Counted from the stretch's first letter, positions 39,997 to 54,119 are shown. The stretch: DNA of 64,000 nt from Lama glama (GCA_028534125.1 CM052816.1:67272001-67336000), one strand, 5' to 3'. Notes: generated from the sequence alone by a model not told the origin. Numbers and translations: made by a program.

Positions 39997-41139
39997 CAGG
40001 AGAGGACTCCAGTGGCACCAGCTCTGGCTACCAGTCCTTCTATCTCCGAGGCCCGATGACCTGTGGGAGACTGCTTTTCCTTCTCACCCGTGAAGCAGGA
40101 ACCACTTTGCCAGATACTGCTGAGAAATGAGATCAGCAGAAGCAATAAGGGAAGAATCTGCTTACTGCTCTGCTCTCCCTTCAGTACATTCCAAAGTGCA
40201 TGATAAACCATTTCTTCTTCCCTGGAAAAGGAAGATGCTGGAGGAGATACAGGTCCTGATACTGCAGAGCTGCGTCTTGTTTTAAGTGAGTACATCTCCT
40301 TGAGGGCTGCCCCGGGCTCCAAAGCCAAACGAGGCCTTTAACGACGCCCCAGGGACTCAAACTCTCAGGACGGTAACTGCGCAGTTCCCAAAGAGCTGTC
40401 GTGTCAGCGGTCACACAGAGTTGAGCTATCTCCCTCGCACTATTTTTACACTCACTCAGTACAATTTTTGCTCACTCCCTACTCAACTAGCCAGCCAGAA
40501 CTTTCTTGTCTGGGAGGTGTGGCCTCTCTCCCAAGCACCCTGGATTTAAATTAAGCAACACTCCCCCATCTCCCACTTCTTCAGAACCAGCTCTTCCTCG
40601 ACACTGATGAGAACCAGGTTAGGGTCAGGCTGGTAAACTCTAATTCTACATCCCTCCCCACCATCACTCATCTTCATTCCCTCCCATGGAGCAGAATGAA
40701 CAAGGAACTGAGAGCTTTCAGACAACATAAGCTCCACAGGCAACAACGCACACGTGTATACATTGGAAGTCAATTAAGTCATTCTCAGCATTTTCTCCTT
40801 TCTCAAATAAGTAGGATTAGAGGAGTCCTGCAAACCTGGGGGACAGATTTTATCTACAAAAGAGCTGAGACTAAGAAGCATGTTGGGAAAATCCCAGAAG
40901 GCAAGCAACCCAAGTCCTGCCCATATAAATAAACGTGGAGGGCAAACTCAGGCAAGTCCCAGTTGCTTCTCGCTCCTTATCTTTATCATCTTACATAACT
41001 TACTGGGTGCAAAAAGCAACATCTTCCTTGTCTGATAGGAGGGGCTGGACCAGGTGATCTCTTGAGCTGCCTTCCCGCTCTGGGGTCTGTACTATGACTC
41101 GGGAAGAGCAGGAACAAGGGCATGTTACAGAGGCTCTAA

Positions 41140-41328
41140 AGCGATGGTCCTTAACTGGGGGCAGCAGGGGGCGGGTATTTTGGTGGCCACAATGGCACAT
41201 GGATGGACAGAGTGCTACTGCTATCCAGTGGATAGAGGATGCTGCTAAATAATGGATAGTGCCCAGGACAGCCCCTCAACAAAGAATCATCTGGCCCAAA
41301 ATGTCAATAGTGCTGAGGCTGAGACCTA
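41140..41328 (+). mobile_element. MER20 (hAT-Charlie DNA transposon), internally deleted
   Basis: gtgctactgctatccagtggatagaggatgctgctaaa...caggacagcccctcaacaaagaatcatctggcccaaaatgtcaatagtgctgaggctgaga matches the recalled MER20 3' half. Confidence 0.8.
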
Positions 41329-42229
41329 AATCAATCAACTAGGATTTGGGGGAAAGATGGTGAAGTGAGTGCAAAAGTGCCAAAATCCTTCTACCCTGAA
41401 ATGAGCTGAACTTACTATAAAGGTACCAACCTGGAGGTGGGCAGAGGGACAAAACCTTGTGCTTCAAAGAGGAGAAGGGCATCATTTACATACATAAAAT
41501 TCAAGGAGTTTCTGCTCAAGGGTGGATGGCTCCAGACTGAGGGAAAGCACTGACTCCTGGATCCCAATTTTCCTTCCCTAGGAAGTGATAAGACCTCACC
41601 TCGTGTAAGCAAAGGAAAACCTGTTGGAACACTCTATAGTTCCTCATGTGAAGTGCTGAGAGCTGGAGGCAGGGCAGGCTAAGGGGCAATCAGGACAGCC
41701 TGCCTCCACTCAGTGTCCATTTTGCCCCAGCTTCTGGACAGTGTTCCAGTTAGCTAAGCCTGAGGCCCAAGAGCAAACACAGACACACCAAACTGAAAGC
41801 CTGCGAGTAGGAACAGGAGAGAGTTCTCTGCATGAGGATTCTTTGTGATCCAGCTGGACTCGGTCTCTATATTCTCCTTTTGTCAGGACCTTCTTCAACC
41901 TACTGGCCAGTTGCTCCGAGACAGAAGTGACACCCATGGGTGCCAATCCATGCCCATAGGCAAATTCTGTTTGCAGAAAGCTGGCAATGGGTGTAGCAAT
42001 TTCTGCAGCACAGAAAATAAAAATCACAAAGATGAATTTTCCTCATTGTGGTGCTTCAGGATGCCAGGTCCCTCCCAGCGTCTCCCCAGTCCACCAGATT
42101 CGTATAAACATCATCTAAAATCACCAGCCCTGGAGCTGAACATATGGAAAGATAACTCTAACTGCATCAGGAGGATGTGACAGGACCCAAACATGGCCAT
42201 CCTTTTTAGAGTCACTACTATGCTGGAAT

Positions 42230-42815
42230 GATTCTCTTTTCATTCAAGGATGAGTAAACAGAAAACAAAACCAAAAAATACAGGGACCGTGAAAACATTC
42301 TGCAGCACGAAAGAAAGAGGCAGACATGGCACAAAAGAGGCAGACAAAAGCAATTTGGGAGAATGATTTACTATTTTAAAAAATTAGACAGCTGTTACTT
42401 TCTTTGTTAACAAAATTAATACAAAACCTTGATTTTAAGAAACCAAAGATGAAAGGATTAGACATAAAAATAAGTTTAAAAGAAGCCTGCAGAATTAAGA
42501 AAAGGATTTAATAAAAATGCTATGGCAGAATTTAAAGCAATCTTTAAAAGAGCAGAATTGAGAATGCAGAAAATTAAATCATATGTAAAAGATAAGATAA
42601 ACACAAGAACTTCACCCAGAAGCAGAGTGTAATGAAAAAGAGAGGAAAAATACTGAAAGGGGAAAGAATTTGTATGGATGACAAAAGCACCCCAATATAT
42701 GAATGATTAGTGCTCTTTCAGAAGAGACCAACAAGTAAGTTAGAAGGAATATTATTAAAAGAATGTTAAATAAAAAGGTTTCCAGGAATTAAATAAGGAT
42801 TACCTCGGTCAAAAG
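42230..42815 (+). mobile_element. Ancient L1/HAL1-like ORF1-region fragment
   Basis: Strongly A-rich sense strand with decayed ORF1-like motifs (agcagaattgagaatgcagaaaattaaatc; ccaatatatgaatgattagtgctc...agaaga). Confidence 0.4.
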
Positions 42816-42824
42816 AGGATGGGG

Positions 42825-43222
42825 GTAACTGACATCCAAAGCCAGGTCATAAAAATGCCACGTGTCTTCTGCCTGATTCACTGGGACACTCACTCTTGGA
42901 ACCCAGCCACCACGTGGTGAGAAAGGCAGGCAGCCATGTGGAGAGGCCACGTGTCGGTGTTCTGGCTGATGGCTCCAATTTAACAGCCTAACCACAGGCA
43001 GTGGCAAATGCCAGACATGTGGGCGAGCTGGCAGGTGGTTCCAACCCCCAGCCAGCAGGTCACCTCCAGCTTTCAAATGCCCCAAAGGACACCGTGTGCA
43101 GCAAGATAAGCAGTCCCTGCCAAGCCCCCGCCAAGCTGCAAGTTCATGAGCAAACTCAACAGTGATTGCTCTTTTAAGCCACTCTTTTTAGGGGGGTTAT
43201 CACACAACAATTGATAACTTAA
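42825..43222 (+). mobile_element. MaLR LTR (MLT1F/G/H-like)
   Basis: ggaacccagccaccacgtggtgagaaaggc...tgcaagttcatgagcaaa...ttttaagccact...gttatcacacaacaattgataact (MLT1 3' end). Confidence 0.7.
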
Positions 43223-44903
43223 ATCAACCAAAAGCTTCCCGACTGAAAGGAAGTAGAACAAATACTAAGCAGTGGCTCCTATATAGTGACTCACTGTGGC
43301 TGCCTCAGAACTGAGAGATGTGGGGGAGCAGAGGCTTCATCTGGGGATTCAGTTCAAGTCCTTCCCCAGCCCTATCATGGAAGAGGCTGCCACTGAGATG
43401 TTCTGGGCCCTGAGGACACTACATCTCCAGAGCATCTCTCCCAAATGCCTGCATGGTTATCTAAGAGATTCCCTGGCAATATTATAGGGGTTGAAATATC
43501 TTTTGGACAAGTTTTCTATGCACGTACACACCCTACACTGCAAAGTTATTTACGTGACTAACAAAGACATCCTTCAATATTTACAGCTCAACTTGGAGAG
43601 TTCTTTTCCAACCAATCCAGGAGCCACTTAGATGGGGTAAACAAAAAGGGTCGTCCTACAGCATTTCTAACCCAGCTTTGAACTGTGGCAAACTATAACT
43701 CTCACGAGATCTTGAGGGAAGAAAAGGGCAACGTCTAGCACCTGGGATCTGAATTTTCTTGGCAACTGATGCCTCCTTCCTTGTAGTTTCCAAAGTCCTC
43801 CTTTGCTGGTTCCTGTGGACAGTGATTCCCTACCTGCTTTGGGCCATGTCCACCAACAGGACCTGGGGCAGCTCCTAGGAGCTGGTAAAAAAAACACTTC
43901 CGGGCAGCTCCATCCCCCGCCCCCGTCCCATAGGGGTGACTCATCCCTCCGTGTTCCCCCTGGGAGAGTAAGAGCAGCTGTGTAAGACACACCATACTGC
44001 CGTGTGACTGGGGGGCTGGGGGCGGGGAAAAGAAAAGCACCCAACCTTTTAAAAACAAAAACAAGGGGTTCAATGTGTAGTGGCTAAGTATACTAAATTT
44101 ATTCCAGCCCACTGAATGGCCACACCCAGTCCACTGAAAACAGAGAAATGTCCCCTTTACAGCAGACACGGACCTTCAGTGGAACGTAAAACCAAGATGG
44201 AAGAGAAACAAGGAATAACCCAGGTTGCTCCGCAAACAAAGTGGGGTGGGGTGGGGAGCCCCTCACCAGCCTTTCCCCTCTCATGCCCCAGGATCGTGTC
44301 TCCGCTGGGCCTGCTGCCCTTTAGGGAAACCCCAGGACTAAGCCTGCTCCCTCACTGGCACTCTCCATACCCCCTCAGCCTGCTGACCCAGGCTCTTCGC
44401 CACATTTCCCCCGACTGACCATGAGGACAAGTGCAGAGACCTGTTTTAATGTAAGGGTTTTATAGCAAATGCTATAAGGAAACTGACAGAGGGTTCAAAA
44501 ATAGTCAACAGAATGGAGTAACAGATGTCTAGAAATCTTACCGAGTTTTGATGTCTCGGGAGAGGGCGGACCTTGGGCAGGGCTGTGTGGGATGGCTTGG
44601 CGGAGTCCTCCCCCTGGACTCACAGAGGAACCAGCTGAGCAGTGGATCATCCTCTGACTACCTTCTCTGCTCTGCTGTGTCACGGCTGAGCTTCCAGCAA
44701 ACTTGCTCTGAAGCTTCATCATGGTCTCCACTGTCAAGATGCAAAATATATACATATATGTATATATTTCTCTTTTTTCATAATGTTCCCATAAGAAACT
44801 ACTGTTCCATTTATTCTTCCCCCTTTACATGTCAGGTTGGTATAATTTGAAACCACAAGGATTTAACCTCTCCATAATTTAGGCTGGAGAATTTTCCTGC
44901 CCT

Positions 44904-44986
44904 TTTTTTTCCTTTTCTTTTTATGTTGTCATTTTTATTTCTTTATTTATATTGAAGTATAGTTGACTTACAGTTTCTTGATTTTA
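44904..44986 (-). mobile_element. L1 3' tip with poly(T), antisense
   Basis: T-tract followed by attgaagtatagttgacttaca (reverse complement of the L1 terminus). 11-bp TSD tttcctgccct at 44893-44903 and 44987-44997. Confidence 0.75.
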
Positions 44987-45529
44987 TTTCCTGCCCTCTA
45001 ATCCTCTCATCTCTTCCTCCCCACCGTCTGCTACCTCTAGTCTAGAACATTATCTTTTTCTTCCCCAAGGTATCAATGTAATTTTTCAAGCCTCTGCTCT
45101 ATACTTAGCTTCTAGTATCCCATGCTCTGGTATTCTCCACCCAGAGTCCCACTTCCCATTTCCTGCATCACAGACCTCCCTTCCCACTACCAGGGATCCC
45201 TGGCCCCCAAGGCGTTCCGTGGTGCCAATCAACAGAGCCTCCACTTGTGCACCCCCTGTGCTCTCAGGAAGGACGCCCATAGCCTGTAACACTGATAGAA
45301 ATAAAGTAACTCATTCAAGTATCGACTGTGATCCTAGCAGAGGCTTTGTATCCAGAAAATGAATTTGTCTGCCTGCTGTTGGACAATCTGCCCCCTGAGT
45401 TTGCACTCTTAGCCATTATGTCATACTTCCCATAAAACCTGGAAAAGAAGCATCTGGGGAAAACCCAAGATCACCCTTCATAGTAGAAAGTGCAATAAAT
45501 AGAGTAGAAGTCAAGAGTGGAACAGAATA

Positions 45530-45645
45530 GCCATGTGACACAGGGAAAAACACTTAATTCCCTCCACTTAAGTTCCTTATCTGTAAAATAGGAAAAACTA
45601 TATTAACTCCAGGATAAATGTGAGAATTAAATAAGAGAATATGGG
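45530..45645 (+). mobile_element. MIR core fragment
   Basis: gttccttatctgtaaaatagg...gtgagaattaaataagagaat. Confidence 0.5.
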
Positions 45646-45689
45646 TATGACAGAAAGGTGTTTTAGGAATTACACTCCATTACTTAATA

Positions 45690-46170
45690 AGAGAGGCCAA
45701 GGAGAACAGATGCTTCAACAAGATAAAAATTTATTTAGCTCACACATTAAAAAAAAGGTAGAGGTAGGCAGTCCTAGGCTGGTACAATAGCTATGATCAT
45801 TAGGGATCCAGATACCTATATTTCTCTACAATCCTTTGCACTACCCTCAAGGTTGCCTAATGATCCAAGATGGTTGCTGCAACTCCAGACATCATGACCA
45901 ATTTCCAGGGGCAGTAGGGATTTAAAGATTTTTAAAAGACTGCTTAGTTGATTGTCTCCCTTTTAAGCCATTTTCCCAGAATTCTACCCAGCAACTTCTT
46001 ACACTACATTAGTTAGAACTTAGTCACATGACCACATCTAGCAGCAAAGGAAGCTGGGAAATATGGCATCAATACTGAGCACACAGCCATTTGAAGGAAA
46101 TCAAAGTTCTGATTCTAAATGAAAAGGGGATATGGAAATTGGTTAGGCAACAAGCAGTCTCTGGCCATAA
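45690..46170 (-). mobile_element. MaLR LTR (MLT1J/K-like)
   Basis: ccaagatggttgctgcaactccagacatcatg...agaacttagtcacatgaccacatctagcagcaaaggaagctgggaaat. Confidence 0.65.
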
Positions 46171-49100
46171 AAGGGCTCTAAATTTTATTTAGCATTCCTG
46201 TCAGAAACACCACATAAATTTTCTCATTTAATCCTCATAATAACCCAAAAAGATTTGAAAACTATCATTACATTTACAGACAAGTAATGGGATCAGAGAG
46301 AATAAGCAACCCAGCTCCTCACATGGGGAAATATTTAAACTAGATCTAACTTCAAAACTTGAACTCTATCCACAACCCTTCAGCCTTCAAAGATTCCTCC
46401 CAGGAAAAATGTTTTGCCAAAGTTCAAGCACCATACACATCTTCAAGACTTCTGTTGTATTAATATTTCAAATTATCTGTTTCTTCCCAGGAGAATGTGA
46501 AGGAGTAACTTCAATTACTTTGTCAGAACTGCAGAACCAGAGCTACAGACCATTTCAACTGGTGGCGGAGACACACACGTGAACACACACACACGTGTGT
46601 CCCAGTTACTGATGTATTCACACTTTAGAAGCACTTCCTGGCCTCTCTCACCAGTCAGAATAGACAGAAAAGGTCATTCGTGCCAAAAGCAAACTATCAA
46701 TGTGATTAATACATAGGCCTCAAGGTCCAGCCCCCTTTACTGCAGCCACAGATGGTTTATATTAGAAAGAAAAGATGATCTTTATGTTTTCCATCCTTTT
46801 GATCAGTTCTGAAAGGAGGAATGACAGAGTACACAGAAGCACCGCACTGGAGCCCTGTGGCTACATGTGCATGCTGGGTCCCTTCCAGAAGTTGGGGTGT
46901 TGGAAGAGTGAGAGGTGCAATGCAGGAATGAAGAAGCAGTGTCCGAACAGCTGGAAAGAGGCCCTTCAACACTGTTCACTCAGTCTTAGTAGAAACTTCC
47001 ATGCATTTTGCTTTCCTGCACAAGTAGAAGACAATCCTGATATGCACAAACTGGGCATAAACTGTTGCCATTACAATCTCTTCCTACAAAGTGTCCCTCA
47101 GGACATGTAGACTCACACCTGAAGGTGGGACCTGGCTTGGTGGGACCCTCCATGCTGCAGATAGAGAGGCTGCTTTGCAGGCATCCAACACCTCAAAAGA
47201 CACAAAAGCCTTTTCAAATGCCTGAGGATACCACCCCCCGCAACCCCCCATCCCCCCACCCCCGCTACCTGTCCTTTGGGAGAATTCAGGTCTTTCATCC
47301 CCCTTTAGAGATACCCTGTAGGACCTCTTAGGATTCCTTCCTGAGAGCTGACTTTGACAAGAGAGAATTCGGACAACACAAATGTGGACAAAGACAGCCT
47401 GGTGGCTTAAAAATGAACTTCTTCACCTGCCCAGGTTTTCTCTTGCCTTAATCTAGCTGAAAGTTTCTCATACACTTGGTGCAGCTTTTCTGAAGGAAAG
47501 AGAGTTTTGATGACTGAAAAAGAGGCAAAAAAAAAAAGGCTGAGAAGGGAGTGCTATTTTCAAAGTACAGAGCCTGAGGAGGGGTTAGGGTGAAGGGGAC
47601 AAGAGGCATGAGAGGAGCAGCATCTGACAGTCGAATTGGGGCTGGGGGAGAACTTCTGGGGAGCAGAAGAAAACTGAAGGGAAGCCTTGGGCCCTCCATC
47701 TTTCTACTGCACAGCATCCCCTAGAACTGGCACCGAATCGTAACAGAGATTTTCAAAAGTTGAATTTGTACCAGGAGTTACACAGACTCCTAGCTGTGAT
47801 GCTGAAGAACAAAACTTAATACAAGGAAATACAGGATGGGGGCATTTAAGGCCAAAAATATAGGGAAAGAAGACTGCCTGGAATTTTTCCAGCCACATTG
47901 AAGGCTCATCTGTGGGGTTTGTGTGTTCTTTATACCAGGTGGGAGCCATCCTGGACAGATGACATGAAGTCAAGAGTGCAAAGAGCCTCCAAATGGTGTT
48001 TCCAAGATCTCTGATGCATTTCAGTGCTGCTCCTGGAGTAAGGGAGTCCTGCCTTGGACACTCAGCTGCAGCTATGACCAGTTTCCATGGGGAAAGGAGT
48101 CTGTATTGCCGGGGTTGGAGGATGACATCCCCCTTCTAGACCCTCTCTGGGTGCTGAGAATCCTGGAATTTCTTGCCCAAACATCCCCAAGCCTGGTCGA
48201 TGGGCCTGTGAGGGCCTCCTCCTAGGTCTGTTCTACTGAGAATGGGCTATAGTTGGTGAGTACCACAAAGTCCCAGGGGCCGCTAACGGCGGGGCAGAGT
48301 GGACAGAGAACTTGGATGTGGGCACATCAGGCCCCTCTGAGTGCTGGCTGGAATTGATGCTGGGGAGGGAAAAGGATGGGTGATGTCTAGGAACCAGGTT
48401 TTTAAGACTTCAACAAGTCAAAATTTAAACCTGGCCTTCTAGTTCATTACTAAGATGTGTCTGCCACAGTAGAAAGATAGGACATATTTTGTTTAATATC
48501 TGGCAGCATGACTTATAACGTTCACTATTTAGACATATGGGCTTCCACTGTACTCTCCTCCTGGGCCCCACAGGTTTGAGGGTAGGCCCACTGGATTTCA
48601 CACAAACTTCTTCATTCAAGTAGGAGGAAAACACTAGAACCAAGGGCAGGATGACATGGGGAAGGCAGTGGCGGGGGGTTGGGGAGGGGGGTGGACAGAG
48701 AGGGTCTGTCAGGGATGTCACCAACAATCTTTGTGCCCTACGGCCAGAAATGTCCACTCTCTGGTATTCAGATTCCTCTTAAGAATATTGGGCTAGAAGT
48801 TCCATTAAGTTTCAACACTCAGCAACTAAAGAAATCGAGGCTTGATTCACCAACAGGGAGATATGGCAGGCAAAGTTTTTCTAATGTCAAGCTACCACGA
48901 GAATTCATGCAGAAAGAGTTCCAATATCCTGCTTCTGCATTGTTCACTTTCTATTGAGACAACTATTTTTAACAGAACCCTGAATAGTAAGAAGAAAACT
49001 CTCCGCAGACCTATAGCCATGGAAATTCTTGCACTCCGGGACCCACGTGACCACATTTTTCTGTGATTAGTACACGGTTTTTCAGATAAGTGTGTTTGCA

Positions 49101-49619
49101 TGGTAGAAACAGTTCCAAAATCAATAAGAAATGTTATACCTTATCGCTCCCCAGAAGGGAAAAACAATAAAGAATTTTGCAAACCATGTCTGGGAGGCTG
49201 AGCAGCACATACATTCAAGCCTAACCAGAACAACCACAGCCCGGAGACAGCACAGCAACCTTGCTGTGTGAGCCAGTTCTTCCAACCAGGGAATTGGCCC
49301 AGAGAAACCACAACAAAGGAAGAGAAGACTACCAGATGACTTCGTTTTCCTTCCCACCTGTGTTCACCCCAAAGAGGGGAGGGCATCAGGAAGCTAAGAC
49401 CCTGTGAAAATTTACAGGAGTCTATGACTTTCTCGAGAGAAAAAAAACGGTTTCTACGTGAGCTATATTATAACTCACTTTTTTAATTGGATGAAGAAGT
49501 ACACAGAACAATGTATGGTAGGGAGGAGGCTCAAAGTATACAGATAAATCACATCAAATGAAATAAAGAGAACTAGTCAGGGGCAGCAACATGTAGGATA
49601 GCAGTCTGTAGGAACGAAA

Positions 49620-50060
49620 GACTAATTACTCACTGCCATACAGGCAGTCTGAACCAGGACAATGGCATTGGAAACTGAAGAGTGGGGTTGGGGTTTGAAA
49701 GATGTTAGGAAGAAAGGGTTTTGATGTTGCATTTGTGGGGGAAAAATTGAGTAGCCCCAAATTATACAAAACATTGATCTTGGGAGATTGGAGGAATAAC
49801 ACTGCCAACAGAAATAAAGATGTCTGGGAGGGATCAGGAAGAGTCTATGTTTAGACATAAGTTTGGGGTGGTGGCTGGATGCACAGGTAGAGCTGTGCCA
49901 TCACCATCTGGAGAGCAGAGGTGGAAGCCAAGGAAAGAACACAGAGTTTGAGCCCTGGATTTGGGAGTCATTCAAAATTGTAATCAGAGATGGAATCATA
50001 AAAGCAACTGTATGCTGAGAGGGAAAAGTGAATAAAGCTTAAAGCACTATGGGTTAAACC
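49620..50060 (-). mobile_element. L2 fragment
   Basis: ggagggatcaggaagagtctatgtttagacataagttt...ggatttgggagtcattc is typical of antisense L2. Confidence 0.45.
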
Positions 50061-51852
50061 CATTGTTTGGAATAGAAGAAGAAAATGATGCTGGACGGGG
50101 GAAAGAAAGAAGGAAGAAGTGAGGAAGATTTGCAAGAGGAGAGGAGGGGAGGAAAGAAAATGGTGTCTGGAGAGCTAGAAAGAGAACCAGAGCAGATTTA
50201 AGAGAGAGAGTCTCAGAAAGAGGAGTGCAGCCAAGCTGAAGTTAAGGAGAAAGAAACCTGAGGAAACATAGAAAGATCCTCACATCGGAGGTGACCTGGG
50301 GATAGAATAAGTTAGAGGGAAGGGCAGAGCTAAGGTCGGGTCGACAGGTTGAAGATAACAGCAGAGGAATTAGAATCTGCAGGTGTGCACTCCTCTTTTG
50401 ACAAGTCTGCCACAAAAGGGATGACAGCCAAGAGGTCAGCGGCAGGGGCACGTGAGCATGATTTTAAGGAGAAGGGAAAACCAGTCAAGTACCCAGCACA
50501 CTCGAGGGGGCAGGTAACTGAGGCCCATTCTTGCTGCAGGAATGCCGGAAAGGAACAGGTTACCCTACAGCCTCTGGGCACGTGCCAAATAACCCCTGTG
50601 GTTGTCCAGTCCTGCTTCCCTGCTATTGGAGCTGATCAGACTTGAGGGGCTGGAAGATGCCTGGATTTTCTCAGGGAAATGAGCAGCAGCAACACAAGAC
50701 ACTGATAAACAACACACGCATATGAAGCAAAAGTTGGCCAGAGCAATTCCAAAGGTAAAGGTTGATCTTTATAGGAAATGACTCAAATGTCCCCAAGGAT
50801 CTATTGAAATGGGGCTTTCAGAGACTTGAGTACAATAAGCTAACAATATGAATTTGGGGCACAGGAAGCCTAACTAGGGCCACGGCAGGGCCATTCCCTT
50901 TGGGTGGCCCAAGAGAAGCTCCTCAGCCTCTCAGCTTCCATTTTTTCATTGGATCTCCCTGACCTATTATACAGGGTGTTGGGAACTGAAGATGCTTTAT
51001 AGACTACAGAGGTCTCTACAAATGTATCTTTTGTAATTCTTTTATTGTATCATTGAGACCAACGAAACTGTGTTCTTAATGGTCTCAGAAATTTGAAGCA
51101 TAAATTTTAAGCCTTGTGTATCATGATAAAATTGCATCAAAACTGCACTGAAGTCTATTGCCTGAAATTTCCAGAGGAAAAATTATTCACATGGAGGTAA
51201 GTTGATGGTCTGCTTTTCTCTCTACTCTTCAGACTAATGATGTGAACACTTTTAGATGAAACATTTTTATAAGCACGTCTCTCAAAGACTTACTTTCAAT
51301 GATATCAGTGAAGGAGAAAGTAAAACAAATCAGGATTCTTCCCATTGATCATGGGACTTTAAAATTTTTGAACTTTTGTTTCAAACTGTTTCACAAAAGG
51401 ATTTTTCATTTCATATTTTATGTGGGTAGAGATTTGACTACCAAGAGACTGATTCAGTCAAGCTATTGTATTTTATGAGTTTATTTGAATTTCCTGACTG
51501 AATTATAGCTCCTTAATTCAGCTTTTTTTCCATTTAAATTTTAGTGTTATAAAAGACATTTCCGTAGAAAATACCTGGTCTCTTTATGGGGGCATTGGGG
51601 ACCAAAGTTAGAAAAATCAATCTTTTTTTGTTTTTTTAAGTTCAAAGAATTGGCAGTTTTTGTTCCTCCGAAAAAATAAATAAATAAATAAAGAGAGAGA
51701 GAGGGAGAAAGATGGAGAAATTAGATAAGGTTCAGGGTATGAGTAAATGCCTAGATGTGAAGACTGAAATAATTGATTCAAAAAATTTAAATTGGTGAGT
51801 AGTTAAAATTTAAAAGAAATAATTTTCTTCAACTATAAGCAGGGCCTTATTT

Positions 51853-51961
51853 TATATGAAAATGAATATATGTATGTATATGCACGACTGGGACACTGTG
51901 CTGTACACCAGAAACTGACACACTGTAATTGACTGTACTTCAATTAAAAAAAAATTTTTTA
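51853..51961 (+). mobile_element. L1 3' tip
   Basis: atgtatatgcacgactgggacactgtgctgtacaccagaaactgacac...gactgtacttcaattaaaaaaaaa. 16-bp TSDs aagcagggccttattt (51837-51852) / aagaagggccttattt (51962-51977). Confidence 0.88.
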
Positions 51962-52743
51962 AAGAAGGGCCTTATTTAAAATGGAATACCAGTGGTATTT
52001 TGGTTCCATTAAGGATCAAATATATATCCCAGCATTTTGGCAGTGTCAAGAACATAGTAGGTTTTCAATGAATATATGTCAAGGAGAACATTTTTTAAAT
52101 GGATCTAAATTACACCATAAGGAGTTGAAGAATAATTCCCAGTGGCATGACACAGCCACCACATGGTGGAATGAATTATCCAGATACATGATGGTGTCCA
52201 AGCACCTCACTGGGAAGTCAAATATAAGGTTGGATTCCTCACTCTTTCACATGGTTTGCTTGCAATTCTATCTAAAACCAAAACATTTCTAGACAATCTA
52301 CCAAGTCCATTTCTTACTGGAATTCCATTAAATATCCAAAATTAAAGGTGAAGTAGATTAAGGAAAGTAATTAGGGGCCAGAAAGATTTTTTTCCCATAA
52401 ATAATGCTTTGGTTTATAAACCTACCTCTTCCACTGAGTTAGAAAGTTTTGGAAAATAGTAGATATGGTGCATTCAAAACACAAATTTTAAGAACATCAC
52501 CATACTTAGTTTAAGGCCTCAATTGCTTCACTGGACAGAGAAAGGACTATAAGTCATCTGTATTTGATTTTCTTCCTTATGATATCCCTTAGCTAGCTCT
52601 CAGATGCATTTATTGAGTGTCTACTATTTTTTGTTTTCATATTATCCTCAAGGGCAGAATTCAGAAATACAGGTAATTTATTTCATAACATGTAGGTATT
52701 AATTGGCAGAATCTGGATTTATACCCAAATATGCCTGATTCAA

Positions 52744-53034
52744 CTCACAGACATAGTAAACAATCTTACGATTACTGGGGAAAGAGGGTAGGAAGGGATA
52801 AATTTGGGAGTTTGAGATTTGCAAATGTTAGCCACTGTATATAAAAATAGATTTTTAAAAAGCCAAGTTTCTTCTATATAGCACAGAGAACTATATTTAA
52901 TATTTTGTAATACCTTTAATGAAAAGGAATATGAAAAGGAATATATGTATGTATATGCATGACTGGGACATCCTGTACACCAGAAATTTGACACTTTGTA
53001 ACAGACTGTACTTCAATTTAAAAAAAATTTACAT
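52744..53034 (+). mobile_element. L1 3' UTR fragment
   Basis: ctcacagacatagtaaacaa...gggataaatttgggagtttgag...gcatgactgggacatc...cttcaatttaaaaaaaa. TSDs atatgcctgattcaa (52729-52743) / atatgcctgagtcaa (53035-53049). Confidence 0.88.
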
Positions 53035-54119
53035 ATATGCCTGAGTCAAGGTTTATTTTAAGCACCTCTTTGTCATTGTGGATATTTCCATATAAGAAAA
53101 TCAGAGGATAGTTTACTCTCAGCACCTCCAGTTCCTTCTGTGTAAAGGAGAAAACTGTACTTCAAGTGATTTCCTGGGTCCATGGGTCACAGAGTCAGCC
53201 CTTCTGTGAGCTTCACTGTGGTCTCAGTGACCAGTATGGCAGAGGCCCAAACACAATTGGCACAGAGAACTGTGGAGGCCTCTTCCCTCCAGCAAAGTGT
53301 GGTTCCCAACAACAGTACAGCCCAAAGAAGAGGCCATCGCTTTCTAACCTGGTCACTTTTCTCCCCAGAGAGTTTGTCTACCTCTGGCCCTAAGAGAGCC
53401 AACGTTTCCACTGAGTCCATTAATAGAAAGACCTTGCAACCGTGTTTGCTGAGTCTGCTTGTATTTACTACCTAGTATTTCAGCTTTGTCCATATGCCCA
53501 GGGGCCTAGGCAATAGGAGGTTTTTACAACTCTAATAAATAATCATATGCAATATTAACTGCAGTCCATTCCTATTACATCAGATCCCATTAAAATAAAA
53601 AGGAAAAAAAAAAAGCTGATTCTTTTCCCAGAGCACTGCATCATGTGCTATAAAGTATTTCCTTATTAGGTAAAATAGGCAAATGGATTTGAGCTGTTTT
53701 TTTTTTTAAGACCCTTTGTTCTAATTCAAATAAAGCCTTTCTGTTGTAAAAACTCTTTGAAGATTTCATTACTCCTTGTTAGTTATGAGTGCCTCTCCTG
53801 TTACAGATTTGAGCTAAGGCTAATGATGCTGAAATACCAAAGAAAAATCCCTTCGAGTGGAGTACATCATCCTTTCAATTGCAATTGGAAAATTCACATT
53901 TGAACATTTGCCTTTGAGATTTTTCTACCTGATTTCATAAGATGAAACTCCACATCTGCCCCTAGATCAGCCTTTGTCTCCAAAGTCATTTCTGTTTGAT
54001 TCAAGATGTACTTGCCATGCTCCTCCCTTTGTCCATTTTCATATGAGAAATTGATTTTTTAAATGTTAGAAACAAATTAGTGTCTAGTAATGTCTTTCAT
54101 GTTGTGTTCTAACTGACAG

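Noticed and set aside
44744..44769. Perfect 26-bp palindrome AAATATATACATATATGTATATATTT
   Set aside because: It is built from self-complementary (TA)n microsatellite sequence, and such palindromes arise trivially.
46570..46601. Hairpin with two CACGTG E-boxes
   Set aside because: It derives from a (CA)n/(TG)n microsatellite and has no other support.
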